From Octopus vulgaris (taxonomy: Eukaryota), in NCBI GenBank assembly GCA_951406725.2, contig OX597830.1, forward strand, positions 26,040,001 through 26,104,000: a stretch of DNA of 64,000 nucleotides, in the 5' to 3' direction. The translations under genes and the position numbers were made by a program. Each line of letters begins with the position of its first letter. Within the stretch, counting starts at the first letter, position 1. This document shows, one piece after another, positions 28,254-41,959 of this stretch. The notes under the pieces are model-generated. The model saw nothing but the letters and a program-made list of their open reading frames with translations, was not told the origin of the DNA and made no database searches.

Positions 28254-28874
28254 GAAGTGAGTGGGAGAATAAAGAGAAGAAACGGGGTAAGCTGGCAGAA
28301 TAGTTGTCCCACCTGGTAAAATGCTTTGGCAAGATAAGAAAAACTTAAGGACCGCTGCAATGAATGTGTGAATCTGAGAAGGGAACTATGTTCAATAAAA
28401 TCATACTTAACTGATCCTTCTGTATTTTCATTTACCCAAAATCAGGTACTTTTGAGTACCCTCACTTATATGTGTGTGTGTGTGTGTATGTATGTATATA
28501 TATGAGTGTGTGTGAATGTAATTACGTATGCATGAGTGTATATTTGTGTGTATATGTATTCATGTTTGTATGTATGCATATAAGTATGTTTGTTTATATA
28601 TATATATATACGTATATAATTGTGTTACATGCACATATGCGAAAGTGTGTGCTCATTATAGAAAATTAAAGAGGTTCTGACTGGTTTTCAACCATAAGAT
28701 CCAGTTTGACTTGTTCTATTTCTGGAAAATCTCAGTATATATGCATGCGTGCGTATGAGCGACCGTGCGCGCGTGTGTGTGTAAATTTAGTCGTGCCAAA
28801 TTTGATAGCATAAAAGACTCGTTTTCATATTAGACGCACGCTTGTTTCAGCAGCAGATATTATTCGGTCGAATA

Positions 28875-29046
28875 GGCGCAGGAGTGGCTGTGTGGTAAGT
28901 AGCTTGCTTACCAACCATATGGTTCTAGGTTCAGTCCCACTGCGTGACACCTTGGGCAAGTATCTTCTACTATAGCCTCGGGCCGACCAAAGCCTTGTGA
29001 GTGGATTTGGTAGACGGAAGCTGTAAGAAGCCCGTCGTATATATGT

Positions 29047-29109
<63 letters not shown>

Positions 29110-29336
29110 AGTGTGTGTATATGTTTGTGTGTTTGTGTTTGTCCCCCCCCAACATTGCTTGACAATCGATGATGGCGTGTTTAAGTTTACGCAACTTAGC
29201 GGTTCGGCAAAATAGTCCGATAGAATAAGTACTAGGCTTACAAAGAATAAGTCCTGGGGTCGATTTGCTCGACTAAGGGCGGTGCTCCAGCATGGCCGCA
29301 GTCAAATGACTGAAACATGTAAGAGAATAAAAGAGT
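28875..29336 (+). mobile_element. tRNA-derived SINE family A, full length
   Basis: Same bipartite structure as 25605-26060. Confidence 0.9.
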
Positions 29337-29704
29337 AAATGTAAAGCTTATGAATTCACACTATTTTAATCTAATCAAGGATTCTTTCATGGCTTTTAGA
29401 TATCAATGATTACTTTTCCTTTTTTCAAATGCTATTGTCCGGTTGCTATGAAAGACCATATCTGACTAGTTTGAAGATAAGAGAGGTAGACTACTTTGGC
29501 TGGATATGGCCGTTATAAACACTAGCGTGTACCATTTAAAATAACTCCAACGTGCTTAGCTATGGCATAAAACATTGCTCTACATGATAAGTATGTTATT
29601 AGTTCAACTGATAAGATAACTCGACAATGAAAATGTGCTCTTTTATAATTATAAAACATTGAAGAAGAATGAGAACAAAGCAAGATACATTTTATAAATG
29701 TACA

Positions 29705-29762
<58 letters not shown>

Positions 29763-29773
29763 TTAATAATAAT

Positions 29774-30468
29774 CATACCAGAATATCTCAACAGGCATGA
29801 TAGGGCAGAACAATATATTCACTAGGTAATTTGCAAAATCATGGACTTGCCCCATGATAAAAACTGGTGGGAACACAAACCACCTCCAGTGCTTGAAAAT
29901 GATCACATCTCATTCCTTTAGAACTTCACCATTCAAACTGACAGAAAGATAGATGCGAATAGGCCAGACATTATATTGAAAGACTTCAGACAAAAATCAT
30001 GCCTCCTCGTTGATATGGCTGTCCCAATCGATATAAACGTGTCTGTCAAGACCTACCAAAAACTGAGCAAGTATGAAGATCTTGAAATAGAAATTGGCAA
30101 AATGTGGAACCTCAAGACTAAAACAATATCTGTTGTCATAGGTACCCTAGGGATGATAGCAAAAGGGGCTTATTCTTACCTCGCTCGGATACCAGGAAAC
30201 CCCCAAATGGCAGAAATTCAAAAGATAGTGCTCATGGGAACTACTCATATCCTACGTAAAATACTGACTATGTAATCTCAAATTTTAAAACAAACTCATA
30301 ATTTTCTTATGTTTTCTTAAACATTCTCTAGAACATTACTATGTGCAAAACCAAATATATGACACCCTAGGCATAATACCAACATGATCTTCTAACTTGT
30401 TGTCTCTTGAGGTCTCCAGATGAGACTTGGAGCCAACTTGTACAAATACAAAGCAAAAGTTAAACATA
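29774..30468 (+). mobile_element. R4/Dong-like non-LTR retrotransposon 3' fragment (RLE endonuclease)
   Basis: RHD...NRPDIILKD...LLVDMAVP...KLSKYEDLEIEIGKMW...VVIGTLG (PD-(D/E)xK RLE). Flanked by (TAA)n/(CAA)n. Confidence 0.9.
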
Positions 30469-30505
30469 TAACAACAACAACAACAACAATAATAATAATA
30501 ATAAT

Positions 30506-30626
<121 letters not shown>

Positions 30627-31147
30627 GGAGACACAACAATGTGTCCAGATATGTCCACTGGCTATTGTGCAGTAAAGCAGACCTCGAGGGAGTAATGGAA
30701 AACGAACATTATAAAAAAAACTTTAGGATTTTAACATGTAGTGCGACCAAGTCATAGAGGCGAGACGACCAGATATCGTGCTCATCTATAAAGATGAAAA
30801 AGAAGTAAAGATAGTAGATGTTGCAATACCAGGCAATTCGAGGCTGAAATGTAACGAACGAGATAGGAAAGTTAAAGGGCCTGAAGAAAGTAATGATGAT
30901 ATCGGTGGTTATAGGAGCATTAGGAGTAGTTTCCAAGGGCTTTGAAAAACATATTAAGAATATTGGAGCTGCTGTTAGGCTTGAGGTGATCCAGAAGACA
31001 GCTTTGTTGGGTGTAGTTCGCATTCTAAGGAGAGTATTGTCGCTTTGAGTCACAGGAGAAATCACTGCTGGAAACCTTTGGTGATTTGTTATAGTCTGAT
31101 TTCAAGTGAAGAATAACCTGTAATTCAGAACTATCCGAGAGCCTTTC
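30627..31147 (+). mobile_element. R4/Dong-like RLE 3' fragment (second family, degenerate)
   Basis: RRPDIVLIYKDEKEVKIVDVAIPG...VVIGALG...IQKTALLG. Flanked by (TAA)n. Confidence 0.8.
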
Positions 31148-31204
<57 letters not shown>

Positions 31205-31206
<2 letters not shown>

Positions 31207-31412
31207 CCTTTCTACTAAAGGCACAAGGCCTGAAATTTGTGGGAACGGGGTAGGTCGGTCTTATCAACCCCAGTACTTGACTAGTGCTTAATTTATCGAC
31301 CCCGAAAGGATGAAAGGCACAGTTGACCTCTGCGGAATTTGCACTGAAAACACAAAGACAGGCGAAATACTGTTAAACATTTTGCCAGGCGTGCGAACGA
31401 TTCTGCCACTAC
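31205..31412 (-). mobile_element. SINE family B
   Basis: atcgaccccgaaaggatgaaaggc core, between (TAA)n tracts. Confidence 0.8.
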
Positions 31413-31418
31413 ACATCC

Positions 31419-31469
<51 letters not shown>

Positions 31470-32391
31470 TGTGACCCGCAGCAAACAAGCTGATGTTGAC
31501 CAGAAGCAAACCCATCAGTGGCTGCGGAGCTCAGGGCTAAAAGCAGAGAGCGAAGGTTTCATCCTGGCTGCTCAAGACCAAAGCCTATTAACCCGGAACT
31601 ACCAGGCCAATGTGATGAAAAATGGAGCAGACCCAAAATGCCGATTCTGCAACGACATGATTGAAACAGTGGACCACCTAATCTCTGGATGTAAAGTCTT
31701 AGCACCAGTGGAGTATAAATTAAGACATGACAGAGTTGGCCAATATCTCCACTGGCTAATAAGTCGGCATTACAATATCAAAACTGCCGACAAGTGGTAT
31801 AATCACCACCCTGAGGCTGTAACTGAAGGAGAAAATGTAACCATTCTGTGGGACTTTCCAGTACATACAGACCGAACCATCAAGGGCAATAAACCAGATA
31901 TTGTTGTGAAAGACCAAAACAATAAAGTTTGCTTATTGATCGACATGAGCATCCCCTGTGATCATAATATCTCAGCGAAAGAGTTTGACAAGCTCAGAAA
32001 ATATAAAGACCTACTCATTGAAATTGAGAAAATGTGGCATCTCAAGGCGGTTACAATACCAGTGATCGTAGGAGCACTAGGAATGATCAAGAAGGGAACC
32101 GAAAATTATATGAGAATGATCCCTGGCTTACCATCACTGCAAGAAGTGCAAAAGATTGTCTTAACTGGTACATCACACGTATTGAGAAGAGCATTGTCGA
32201 TGTGAGAACTGTTGCTGCTCATGTATTTTAATCTAACTTTAAAAAAAAAAAAAATAAAAAAAAAGATGAACGAACTTCTGAGTTTGGTTTAATGGCCTAC
32301 CAATATACACTATGAGTTTCTTTGCCCTAGGAGTCGGGAAGACACTCGGCAAGAAATGGAAGAAAATTTGAAAGAAGAAAAAAAAAAAAAG
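31470..32391 (+). mobile_element. R4/Dong-like retrotransposon, 5'-truncated; intact CCHC plus RLE ORF 31471-32205
   Basis: CRFCNDMIETVDHLISGC zinc knuckle, RHD, KPDIVV...LIDMSIP...KLRKYKDL. The 3' UTR ends in an A-rich tail and (TAA)n. Confidence 0.95.
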
Positions 32392-32440
32392 TAATAATAA
32401 TAATAATAATGATGATGATAATAATAATAATAATAATAAT

Positions 32441-32981
32441 ACCAGGCAGTGGCTCTCATGGCTTCTGATCTTAACTGATTGGAAGTGTTATCATGTACAT
32501 TGTTTTGTCTTGGTATAAAAGATGGGCTACAGCAAATATTCTGCTCAATACCACAGATTTGCTTGTCAGTTGTTTGACCTTAACCAGTTGAGCATGTCCC
32601 TTAGTGGCTGACGATATGTGCATCTCTGATCACGAACAGAAGTAGTGGGGGAGCATCCTAGCCATGTGTTGAGAGGGATTCTTTGGGGTTTGAATAATTC
32701 ACCTCTGGAAACATGGGTGGTTCTTTCAACATCCTTAAACAACCCTTATTCAGGGACCGTTTGAGCGGAATGGGCTACTCAACCTGAAGAAAATTCTAGC
32801 TGGGCCCCACCTGCAAGGGCATGTCCTGTTTATCTTGATATGAGATCACCATGTCGCGCACATATGGTTGTGATGCATGTGCCTGGTGTACCCTTATCAG
32901 ACGGGTAGTCATGATGGGTATACTGGGCTTCGTATATTTTACCCCAGTGTCACTTTGATGGCATGCTCTGCTCGCTCACTC
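32441..32981 (+). mobile_element. Non-coding (TAA)n-associated retroposon
   Basis: Near-identical to 54929-55442, with partial copies at 59238-59502 and ~51380-51470. All share the 3' end ...ctcact(c/g) followed by TAA/CAA repeats. Confidence 0.8.
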
Positions 32982-33003
32982 AATAATAGTAATAATAATA
33001 ATG

Positions 33004-33061
<58 letters not shown>

Positions 33062-33107
33062 GAAGAAGAAGAAGAAGAATGATGATGATGATGATGATGA
33101 TGATGAT

Positions 33108-33530
33108 GCAGGAGGATGGAAAATTATCGATACTCTGGGACTATGATTTTCAGATGGATCGTGTAATCGAATACCGTCGGCCGGATATTGTCATATTGAG
33201 TAAGAGAGACAAATACAGTCAGATAATTTGATGTAGCCATACCAAATGATATGAATGTTGTGAGTAAATAGGTTGAAAAGATCACCAAGTACTCTGAATT
33301 GAAAGTGGAAATGGCAAGACTGTATGGAATGTGAGAGGGTAATGTAAAAATGATACCAGTGGTGATCGGAGCGTTAGGCTCAATCCCATTGAAACTTCAA
33401 AACTTCTTAAGGCAACTGGAAATCCCATGCAAGATTGATGTCTTTTAAAAAGCAGCTTTACTGGGCACAGCGCACATCTTAAGCAAAGTATTATGTCTGA
33501 GGTCTTTGTTGTGACTTGATAGATAACTAC
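33108..33530 (+). mobile_element. R4/Dong-like RLE 3' fragment (degenerate)
   Basis: SILWDYDFQMDRVIEYRRPDIVIL...IPVVIGALG...KAALLGTAHILSKVL. Confidence 0.85.
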
Positions 33531-34763
33531 GTAGATGAGTTTACAGATACTACGCACACACACACGTTCGCGAGCGTTAAACTAATACACCTGTTTGTTG
33601 TTTATACACCTATCTTAGTCATTGGTTTTTCTGTAAATTTCAGCTCTATATTGCACACTCACGTGGTCGCTCCAGCTTTATCCTGCTTTAACCTCCTACA
33701 TTTCGGACTTCTACCTGGAATTTCTGCACCTCACCTCATCTACACACCCAAGAAAAGCTCGTGTGTGGTTATATATACATATATGTATTCACACGCATAT
33801 GCAATGCATAGGAAATAGAATTGAAGTAGTTGAAATGTAATTTTCTAATGCCTCCGATGTGCAATTTTAAATACATGTTAATACACGTTATTTTGTTCAT
33901 AGAGGAAGCACTGAGATCATCTTAATAGGTTTAATAGTTAGTAAACTTTCAGCAAATCGCTATTTAAATCAGATACAAGCTAAAGCATAATACATACACA
34001 CATATATACTCGGCGATAATTATGTTCGAATGAGTTATCTCCCAAGCGGCCGAAGTCTGCTTTGCCTTTCGTATCTCGGGGTAAGGGTGAGGCATTGAAA
34101 TAAATGCTTGACACAGGGCAGCTATAATCGATTAGACTAATGAAACTATTTACATCAAACACAAGCGTGGCTAATTTGTATTCATCAGCCACGAGATTCA
34201 ATACATGATACATACTTATGTATAATACAGTATGCACTCAAATCCCTCAATACATTTAAGGAAATTGAATAACAGTTTTTAAATCTTCCCTTATACATTA
34301 AGGAGGTATACATATATCTTATTAATCGCTTCAAGTACAGAATAATAAAGAAGACATAACTCAAGTACCTTTCATTGTTTTGCTTATCTCAAGTTTCTTA
34401 TACATATTGTGTTACACGTAAGCATTTATTAATTATTTATCCTGTCCCTGACATATGCATGGAATGTATCTTATACGTGTCAATACAATTAAACTCCGCC
34501 AAGGCCGACTTTGCCTTTCATCCTTTCGGGATCGATAAATTAAGCACCAGTTGTATACTGGGGTCGATCTAATCGACTGCCCCCCTCCCCCAAAATGTCG
34601 GGCCTTGTGCCTAGAGTAGAAAAGGAATACAATTAACTTAAATACCGATCTGCGATAAGGATGTGGACAGACAGAAAGGGTACGCTAGTCCTTTTGATGC
34701 ACTCGAATTGTTTCCAGTGGGGCCTGATACTCTGAGAAAAACGAAAGTGCTGTTTAAGTACCC

Positions 34764-35760
34764 GTTCAGTGTTTCAACAGTACTCACTGGTTTAAGGTGG
34801 CGAACTGACCGAACTGTTAGCTGTCAGAATTGTTAGCAAATCGGGAAAAATGCTAAGCCACATTTCATCTGTCCGCACGTTCTGAGTTCAAATTCGGTCG
34901 GGGCCAACTTTACCATCCATACTTTAGGGGTTCAGTGTTTCAACAGTACTCACTGGTTTAAGGTGGCGAACTGACCGAATTGTTAGCTGTCAGAATTGTT
35001 AGCAAATCGGGAAAAATGCTAAGCCACATTTCGTCTGTCCGCACGTTCTGAGTTCAAATTCGGTCGGGGCCAACTTTACCATCCATACTTTAGGGGTTCA
35101 GTGTTTCAACAGTACTCACTGGTTTAAGGTGGCGAACTGACCGAACTGTTAGCTGTCAGAATTGTTAGCAACTCGGGAAAAATGCTAAGCCACATTTCGT
35201 CTGTCCGCACGTTCTGAGTTCAAATTCGGTCGGGGCCAACTTTACCATCCATACTTTAGGGGTTCAGTGTTTCAACAGTACTCACTGGTTTAAGGTGGCG
35301 AACTGACCGAACTGTTAGCTGTCAGAATTGTTAGCAAATCGGGAAAAATGCTAAGCCACATTTCGTCTGTCCGCACGTTCTGAGTTCAAATTTGGTCGGG
35401 GCCAACTTTACCATTCATACTTTAGGGGTTCAGTGTTTCAACAGTACTCACTGGTTTAAGGTGGCGAACTGACCGAACTGTTAGCTGTCAGAATTGTTAG
35501 CAACTCGGGAAAAATGCTAAGCCACATTTCGTCTGTCCGCACGTTCTGAGTTCAAATTCGGTCGGGGCCAACTTTACCATCCATACTTTAGGGGTTCAGT
35601 GTTTCAACAGTACTCACTGGTTTAAGGTGGCGAACTGACCGAACTGTTAGCTGTCAGAATTGTTAGCAACTCGGGAAAAATGCTAAGCCACATTTCGTCT
35701 GTCCGCACGTTCTGAGTTCAAATTCGGTCGGGGCCAACTTTACCATCCATACTTTAGGGG
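34764..35760 (+). repeat. Tandem array, 6 x 166 bp, each unit holding a SINE family B head
   Basis: Units start at 34764, 34930, 35096, 35262, 35428 and 35594. Each has aaggtggcgaactg...cgttctgagttcaaattc (B box). Few inter-unit SNPs. Confidence 0.95.
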
Positions 35761-36482
35761 TAAATAAAGTAAGTATTGGGGTCTGTGTAATTGGCTCATC
35801 CCTCCCACAAACTTGCTGACCTGCTAAAATTTGAAATCAATATTACTGACTCGTTTGACTATACTAAATGGCTGTTTACGACTGTAGGACAAATTATGCT
35901 ATTGGTTTGCAAAAATCTTACTAACTATTCTAATGGATATGCAATGCAGTTTTACGGCAGTTTTACGGCAGTCTCACGCCAAATATAAAAAAAAAAATCT
36001 TTATTTGCAGACAGGCAACAGGAAATGATCAACTACAGAAAGCTATCTTTATGTAAGCACCCTGACAACTTTAAATTTCAAAAGTACTGGGAAAGGTGGG
36101 AAACGAGGATTTTGTTCTCAAGCGAAAGAATGAAAACGAATCTAAGTCTCAAATTAGACATGTTAGAAATCGATGAAGTATTTGAAGCCTGGGAATGTTT
36201 TGTAAACCCCCATAACTTGTTCTCAAATTTTTACGGGAATTTTTATTGTAAGTTTTAAACCAATTTATCAATTACTTATGCTTTTTTCTGTTGAGCCTCC
36301 ATCGTTTTATGGTCTCCCCAACCCACATATATTTGCTTGTAATCATTTTCCTGAAGGCGGGTTGTGTTCTGGAGCCAGACACTTTCTTTCATTATTTTGC
36401 TCCTGTCCACTTAAGTGGCAAAAATTCAAAGGCCTAGCCTCGTAACATTATGTGTCACGCTGAATCTCCTTTACTACTACTA

Positions 36483-36514
<32 letters not shown>

Positions 36515-37539
36515 ACTACTACTACTACTACTACTACTATTGTTGTGCTTTGAAGAGAGTGAGCGTGTTCACACATAGTTACATGGAAGTCGATTTATTA
36601 TGTCTCTTAGCACCTTGTCAAGGGGGCAAGGCAATACTCTTGATCCTTTACCGAGCCCCTGAGACTGATATGAGGGACGTTAGGAGAAGGTTATCCTCAA
36701 ACCGGAGACCTTACTCGAACGCATGCAAACAGTTGATTCTGTTAAAATCATTCAAAATATTAAACTGGGCAACCGCGCGGGTGTCTGTACTTAAGGAGAG
36801 AAATAATATTTATGTGAGCTGGACCATAAAGAGATCGAAACCTTACGGTCTGGTGGTCTCCGGGTTAAAATAGTAGGGAGTTCTCGCCCTGCTTGCAATA
36901 TATATCGAGTGCAGAGTGCATTGATTAACTACCAGAAGGTAGTTTCTTTTCTAACCCTCCTGGGGTTAAAATAACAGTATCGTCGGTTCCTGGGGAGCAC
37001 ATGTGTTTAGGTGGCATTAAACACTACTTTTCGGGATAAATAGAGATTTCTAAACAAGCTGGTTTGCTTGTTAATATTTTTCCTTTCTTTTAGAGGATTC
37101 GGGGTATATTTCGTGTTGAAACATTTGACTATCCAACCATCTGACCTTCAGGAGGTCACAATAAAATTTGTTGTGAGACGTTTTTGTATATTTTATTGTG
37201 CAAACATTCAGTTTGTTTTTTCGTATATGTGTAACGCATGTATCGATGCGTATACCCGCCATCTGGCTTACCCAATTACACACCCCTTTGTGAGTTTAAC
37301 GTGTTTTAGCATATTTTGTGTGCATGGAAAATTCTGACAAACAAGAAGGAAGAAAAATTACTCTATTTCATGCAAAAATGATTAAAATAAAGTTTTCACA
37401 AAATAGACTCGACCAATTGACGTCGTCACAAGTTATTCCGGATATAGGCAAAAGACAATACGAGCTATGCATATTGCGAAATGTGCTTCATTGCATGAAG
37501 CGTTTTTTTTTTGTTTTTCTTTTTACCGTAGGTAGATAA

Positions 37540-37688
37540 GGTCGCAGGTGTGGGTGTGTGATAAAACGTTTGGTTGCAAGCTCAGACTCACAATGTGGCA
37601 GCTTGGGCAAGTGTCTTCGACTATAGCCTCAACCCCCACCAAAGCTTTGTAAGTGGATTTGGTAGACGGAAACTAAAAGAAGCCTATC

Positions 37689-37730
<42 letters not shown>

Positions 37731-38010
37731 ATACATATATATATATGTATATATATATATATGAATATATGTATATGTATATGTATATATATGCGTGTGT
37801 ATGTGTGTGTCTATTTGTCCCCGACTGCTGCTTCACAGCTGGTATTTGTGTGTTTACGTTCTCGTAACTCAGCCGTTCGGCAAAAAAGAGGGATAAAATA
37901 AGTACCAGGCTTTAAAAAATAAATACTTGGGTCGAGTCTTTTGACTAAAATTCTTCAAAGTGGCGCCCCAACATGGCCGCACTCTAACGACTGATACAAG
38001 TAACAGATAA
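37540..38010 (+). mobile_element. tRNA-derived SINE family A (diverged)
   Basis: cttgggcaagtgtcttc...gtggatttggtagacggaaact-(TA)n-3' half. Confidence 0.75.
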
Positions 38011-39468
38011 GGAAAAAGAAGTAACATAATTGTGACCATCAAAAATCAGAGGTTTTCAGTGTGCCGTTGAAAGGGCAGTTGAAAGAGACCTCGTTTGATA
38101 TGTTGGAGGCTGCATTGTCCATCTATCGAGAAATTTCATAATGGATTATGTATCCGGTCTTCAAGTTTGAGGTCGAAGTGAATTATACAACGATATGTGG
38201 GTGGGCGGCGCTCAGACGTCAAGGTTGGACATAATGGCCGTGATATTGACTCTTTCTAAGTCATCAAATTTGTTAAGATATGCAAACAGGTTGTGAGAGT
38301 TAAAGTGATCAAAATCCACATGCAGTCGGGTTGGAAGTGGCTTGTAAGGGTATACAGGCCCTAATGGCATCCGGGGAACATAGAGCTTATTCGGGAACTG
38401 TACCCCATTGCTGAGATGCCTCGCTGTGGGACTGAACTCGAGTTTCGTAACCGCACAGCCTAACTTCTCTGGTATTTTTTATATTTTATACAATTATACG
38501 ATCTTCTCTCTTTGCTGTCACAGTTCTTGAAATTTTAAAATTAAGTGAAAATTTTCAAATTTGGTATATTAATGTTCTTTTTCACACTGAATCTGATTTT
38601 GTTTCTCACTTGTACCAGAAAAATTTTAGAAAAGATCCCAGTTTTGTTTGTATATCCCTACTCCTTTTGAAAACACTATTTTGTAATATATTTGCAATGG
38701 ATATACAGAGTCTGATCACATTGGCAGAATCTTCACAGTGTGGAAAAAGAAAAAGCTTTGGATTTATTCCTAATTTTTACCCGCTGAGTTAAAATCCTGC
38801 CGTTGTCAAATTAGCTTTTCTTCTTGTCAGTCTCCATTAAATATATATTCAGCCAAATATTGGGGTCAATATGACCTTATACTCTGTGACCTAAATTAAA
38901 GGCAATTATTATTGCTAGCTGCCACGCACCCACAGCCAGCATTTGAAAAAATGCGTTTAATAATTCGAATAAAACCTTATAAAAATCATATGTTGAATCT
39001 TGATAATAAAAAAAGTGTTTACATGGTGTCATTCGGGAAGTTAACAAGTTAAAGTCACTTTACCCTTTTAGTATTGAATACAGTAGGAAAAACCAAGATA
39101 TTTTAACTTAGATTACCAGTTTGAACAATGAGAATTTCAACAATATCGTGTATTTTTATCTATCGTCTTTTACTTCTCTCAATCACTGGAATGCAGCCAT
39201 GCAGGGACACTATCTTGAAGGTTTTATTCGAACAAATCGCAACCAAGATTTTGTTTTAAAATCTAGTACTTTTGCTATTGGCTCTCTTGACAAACCTCAG
39301 TTAGGTAGATATGAAAACAATAGAAAAGATTGTCAAGCAGTGTCGGGTATGTGTAACAAACCTAAATACACACACACACAATGAAACGTCAGGTTTTCAG
39401 AATTTGAAGGTATTTCATATCGTGAAACTTACATACACGCACGCACACATACTTACAGTTATGTATGT

Positions 39469-39516
<48 letters not shown>

Positions 39517-39518
<2 letters not shown>

Positions 39519-39735
39519 CCTTTTCTACTCTAGGCACAAGGTCTGAAATTTTTGGAGAGGTGGCAAGTCGATTAGATCGATCCCAGTACGCAACTGGTAT
39601 TTAATCTATCGACCCCGAAAGGATGAAAGGCAAAGTCGACCTTGGCGGCGGAATTTGAACTCAGAACGTAGCAGCAGACGAAATACCGCAAAGCATTTCG
39701 CCTGGCGTGTTAACGTTTCTGCCAGCTCATCGCCT
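39517..39735 (-). mobile_element. SINE family B, full length
   Basis: Matches 27085-27305 and 63605-63817. Confidence 0.85.
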
Positions 39736-39739
39736 TTAT

Positions 39740-39869
<130 letters not shown>

Positions 39870-39911
39870 CATCTATCTATCTATCTATACATACATACAT
39901 ACATACATACA

Positions 39912-39942
<31 letters not shown>

Positions 39943-39949
39943 GTATATA

Positions 39950-41002
39950 CAGGGGTTGGACAAAATAATGGAAACACCTTAAAATTTCAAACAAATTTAT
40001 TTTAATACGGGGTAGGACTACCTTTGGCTGTAATTACAGTTTGAACTTTACGAGGTATGGACTCGTACAAAGTTTGAATTGTTTCCAAAAGAAATTTTGT
40101 CCATTCTTCAGCTAAAGAGTCTCCAGTTATTGTAGTGATGATGGTAGAGGATATCGATTCCTTCCTTGTTTTTCTAAAATGCACCACAAATGTTCAATAA
40201 TTTTGAGATCTGGGGTCTGTAGTGGCCAGATAAGATGTTCATCTTCACTAGAATGTTCCTCGTGCCATTCATTAACAACTTGAGCTTCTACAAGAAAGCA
40301 GTCTAGGTCAAATGCTTCTTTTGGCTGTCTCCACGCGTATACTCAGCCGGTGGTCGGAAATAATATAAAGGATGACTCGTCCAAGAAAATAACATTCTTT
40401 CACTGCTCTAGGGACCAATTTTCTAGGTTTTTACTCCATTCTAAACGCTTTGCAATGTTTGGTTTTGAAAGTAGTGGTTTTCTGATTGCAGCCCTGCAGT
40501 ACAATCCGGTTTTGTGCAACTCCCGGCGAACAGTTTTTGTGGAAACTGGGTTCTCGGGGTGGTCACTAAGCTCTGCAGTAATTTTGGGAGCTGTAGTTTT
40601 GTGATCCTTTCTAACAATTCACGTCAAATCCGACGGTCTCTATCTGAAAGTTTTGGTTTTCTTCCGGAGTTTTGTTTCGACGAGGTTTTCCCTCTTTTTT
40701 AAAGGCTGTCTTTACTTTCGAGACAGTACTTCTTGATACACCAAATATTTCGGTTCGTTACGCTAGCGCCTGCCATATGAGCACCAACAATGTTACCTCT
40801 TTGAAAGTCGGATAGATCTGTCATTTTAACGAATTTTAATTACTTTTTAGTGATGATATCTGAAAAGAAACAGCAATTTTAGCAAAACAAAACATATCAA
40901 GCAATACTAATAATAAATAAACAAGCCTTTGACGGTTTTATAGATATTTCAAAATGATGATACTGTGATGCTAGGTGTTTCCATTATTTTGTCCAACCCC
41001 TG
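39950..41002 (-). mobile_element. Tc1-like DNA transposon, internally deleted
   Basis: Perfect 30-bp TIR CAGGGGTTGGACAAAATAATGGAAACACCT with a TA TSD on both sides. Broken transposase 40824-40002: MTDLSDFQRG...NSGRKPKLSDRD...VIFLDES...WPLQTPDLKIIEHLW...AKGSPTPY. Confidence 0.95.
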
Positions 41003-41959
41003 TATATCTATAAATCATGGTATTGAACAAATTATCGGATGCTGTTATATCGGATGCTAGTCACAATATGTGCTTCACATTGTCTTAGCCTTCGAATATT
41101 ACCACCACACTGTCCAGGCGAGTAGACCAACATTCCTCCTTATCTCAAGACTATTTTGTTGCAGAGGTTACCCCATTACAGCTGAATGAACTGGAGCAAC
41201 GCGAAAATAAGTGTTTTAGTCAAGAACACAATGCACCGCCCGGTCCGAGAATCGAACCAATGATCTAGCAATCGCAAGTGCAACGTCGTAACTACTAGGC
41301 CACGTGCCATCACGCCTCCTCAAGTTCACATGTATCAAATTACGAATTAACAGCAGCTCATGTAATTAAACATTATCGATCGCACATACGCGGTGCATGT
41401 GCTTTGCTTATACGCCGAAATTGCTGTGGGATAGCGTCTGGGAAAGCTCTACTATACAACACCATCACAGACCAGGTAAGACAACTCGCCTCGGAATAAA
41501 TCCGAAAGTAATAGATACCGATATTTCATCACTATTGTGACATGTTAATACCCCGCACTCGGATCATTCCGAAACGAATCGAAACTATTGTCCGTGGTCC
41601 ATTTCTCAAAGTTCTTTCGTCATCCATTCTGTGACCTCCTCAGTGATTCTTTGCCCCATATGTCTCCTCTTGTCCTGCTAATTCCAAAAACAGGAGGACA
41701 AGACAAGACTCATAGGTAAATAAGGTGAAATCTATTTGCTGATGTACTGTGGCGTAGTTCATTTGACAGAAAGTTGACTTAAAGCAACTCTAGCACATGT
41801 CTGTCTGCCTGTCTGTCTGCCTGACTGCCTGTTTGTGTATCTGACTGTCTTTCTGTCTGTCTGTCCCTCCCTCCCCCCTCTCTCTCGCCACACACACACA
41901 CACATATATATATTAGATTTCTTGCAAACAACTTGCAAATGCAAATATCACCCGTTAAA

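Noticed and set aside
37075-37160. Strong acceptor-like tttttcctttcttttag
   Set aside because: No frame resembles a C2 domain and there is no good donor. A UTR exon cannot be excluded.
41400-41480. Strong donor CAG|gtaaga
   Set aside because: Upstream frames show no synaptotagmin similarity and there is no clear acceptor. Unsupported without RNA data.
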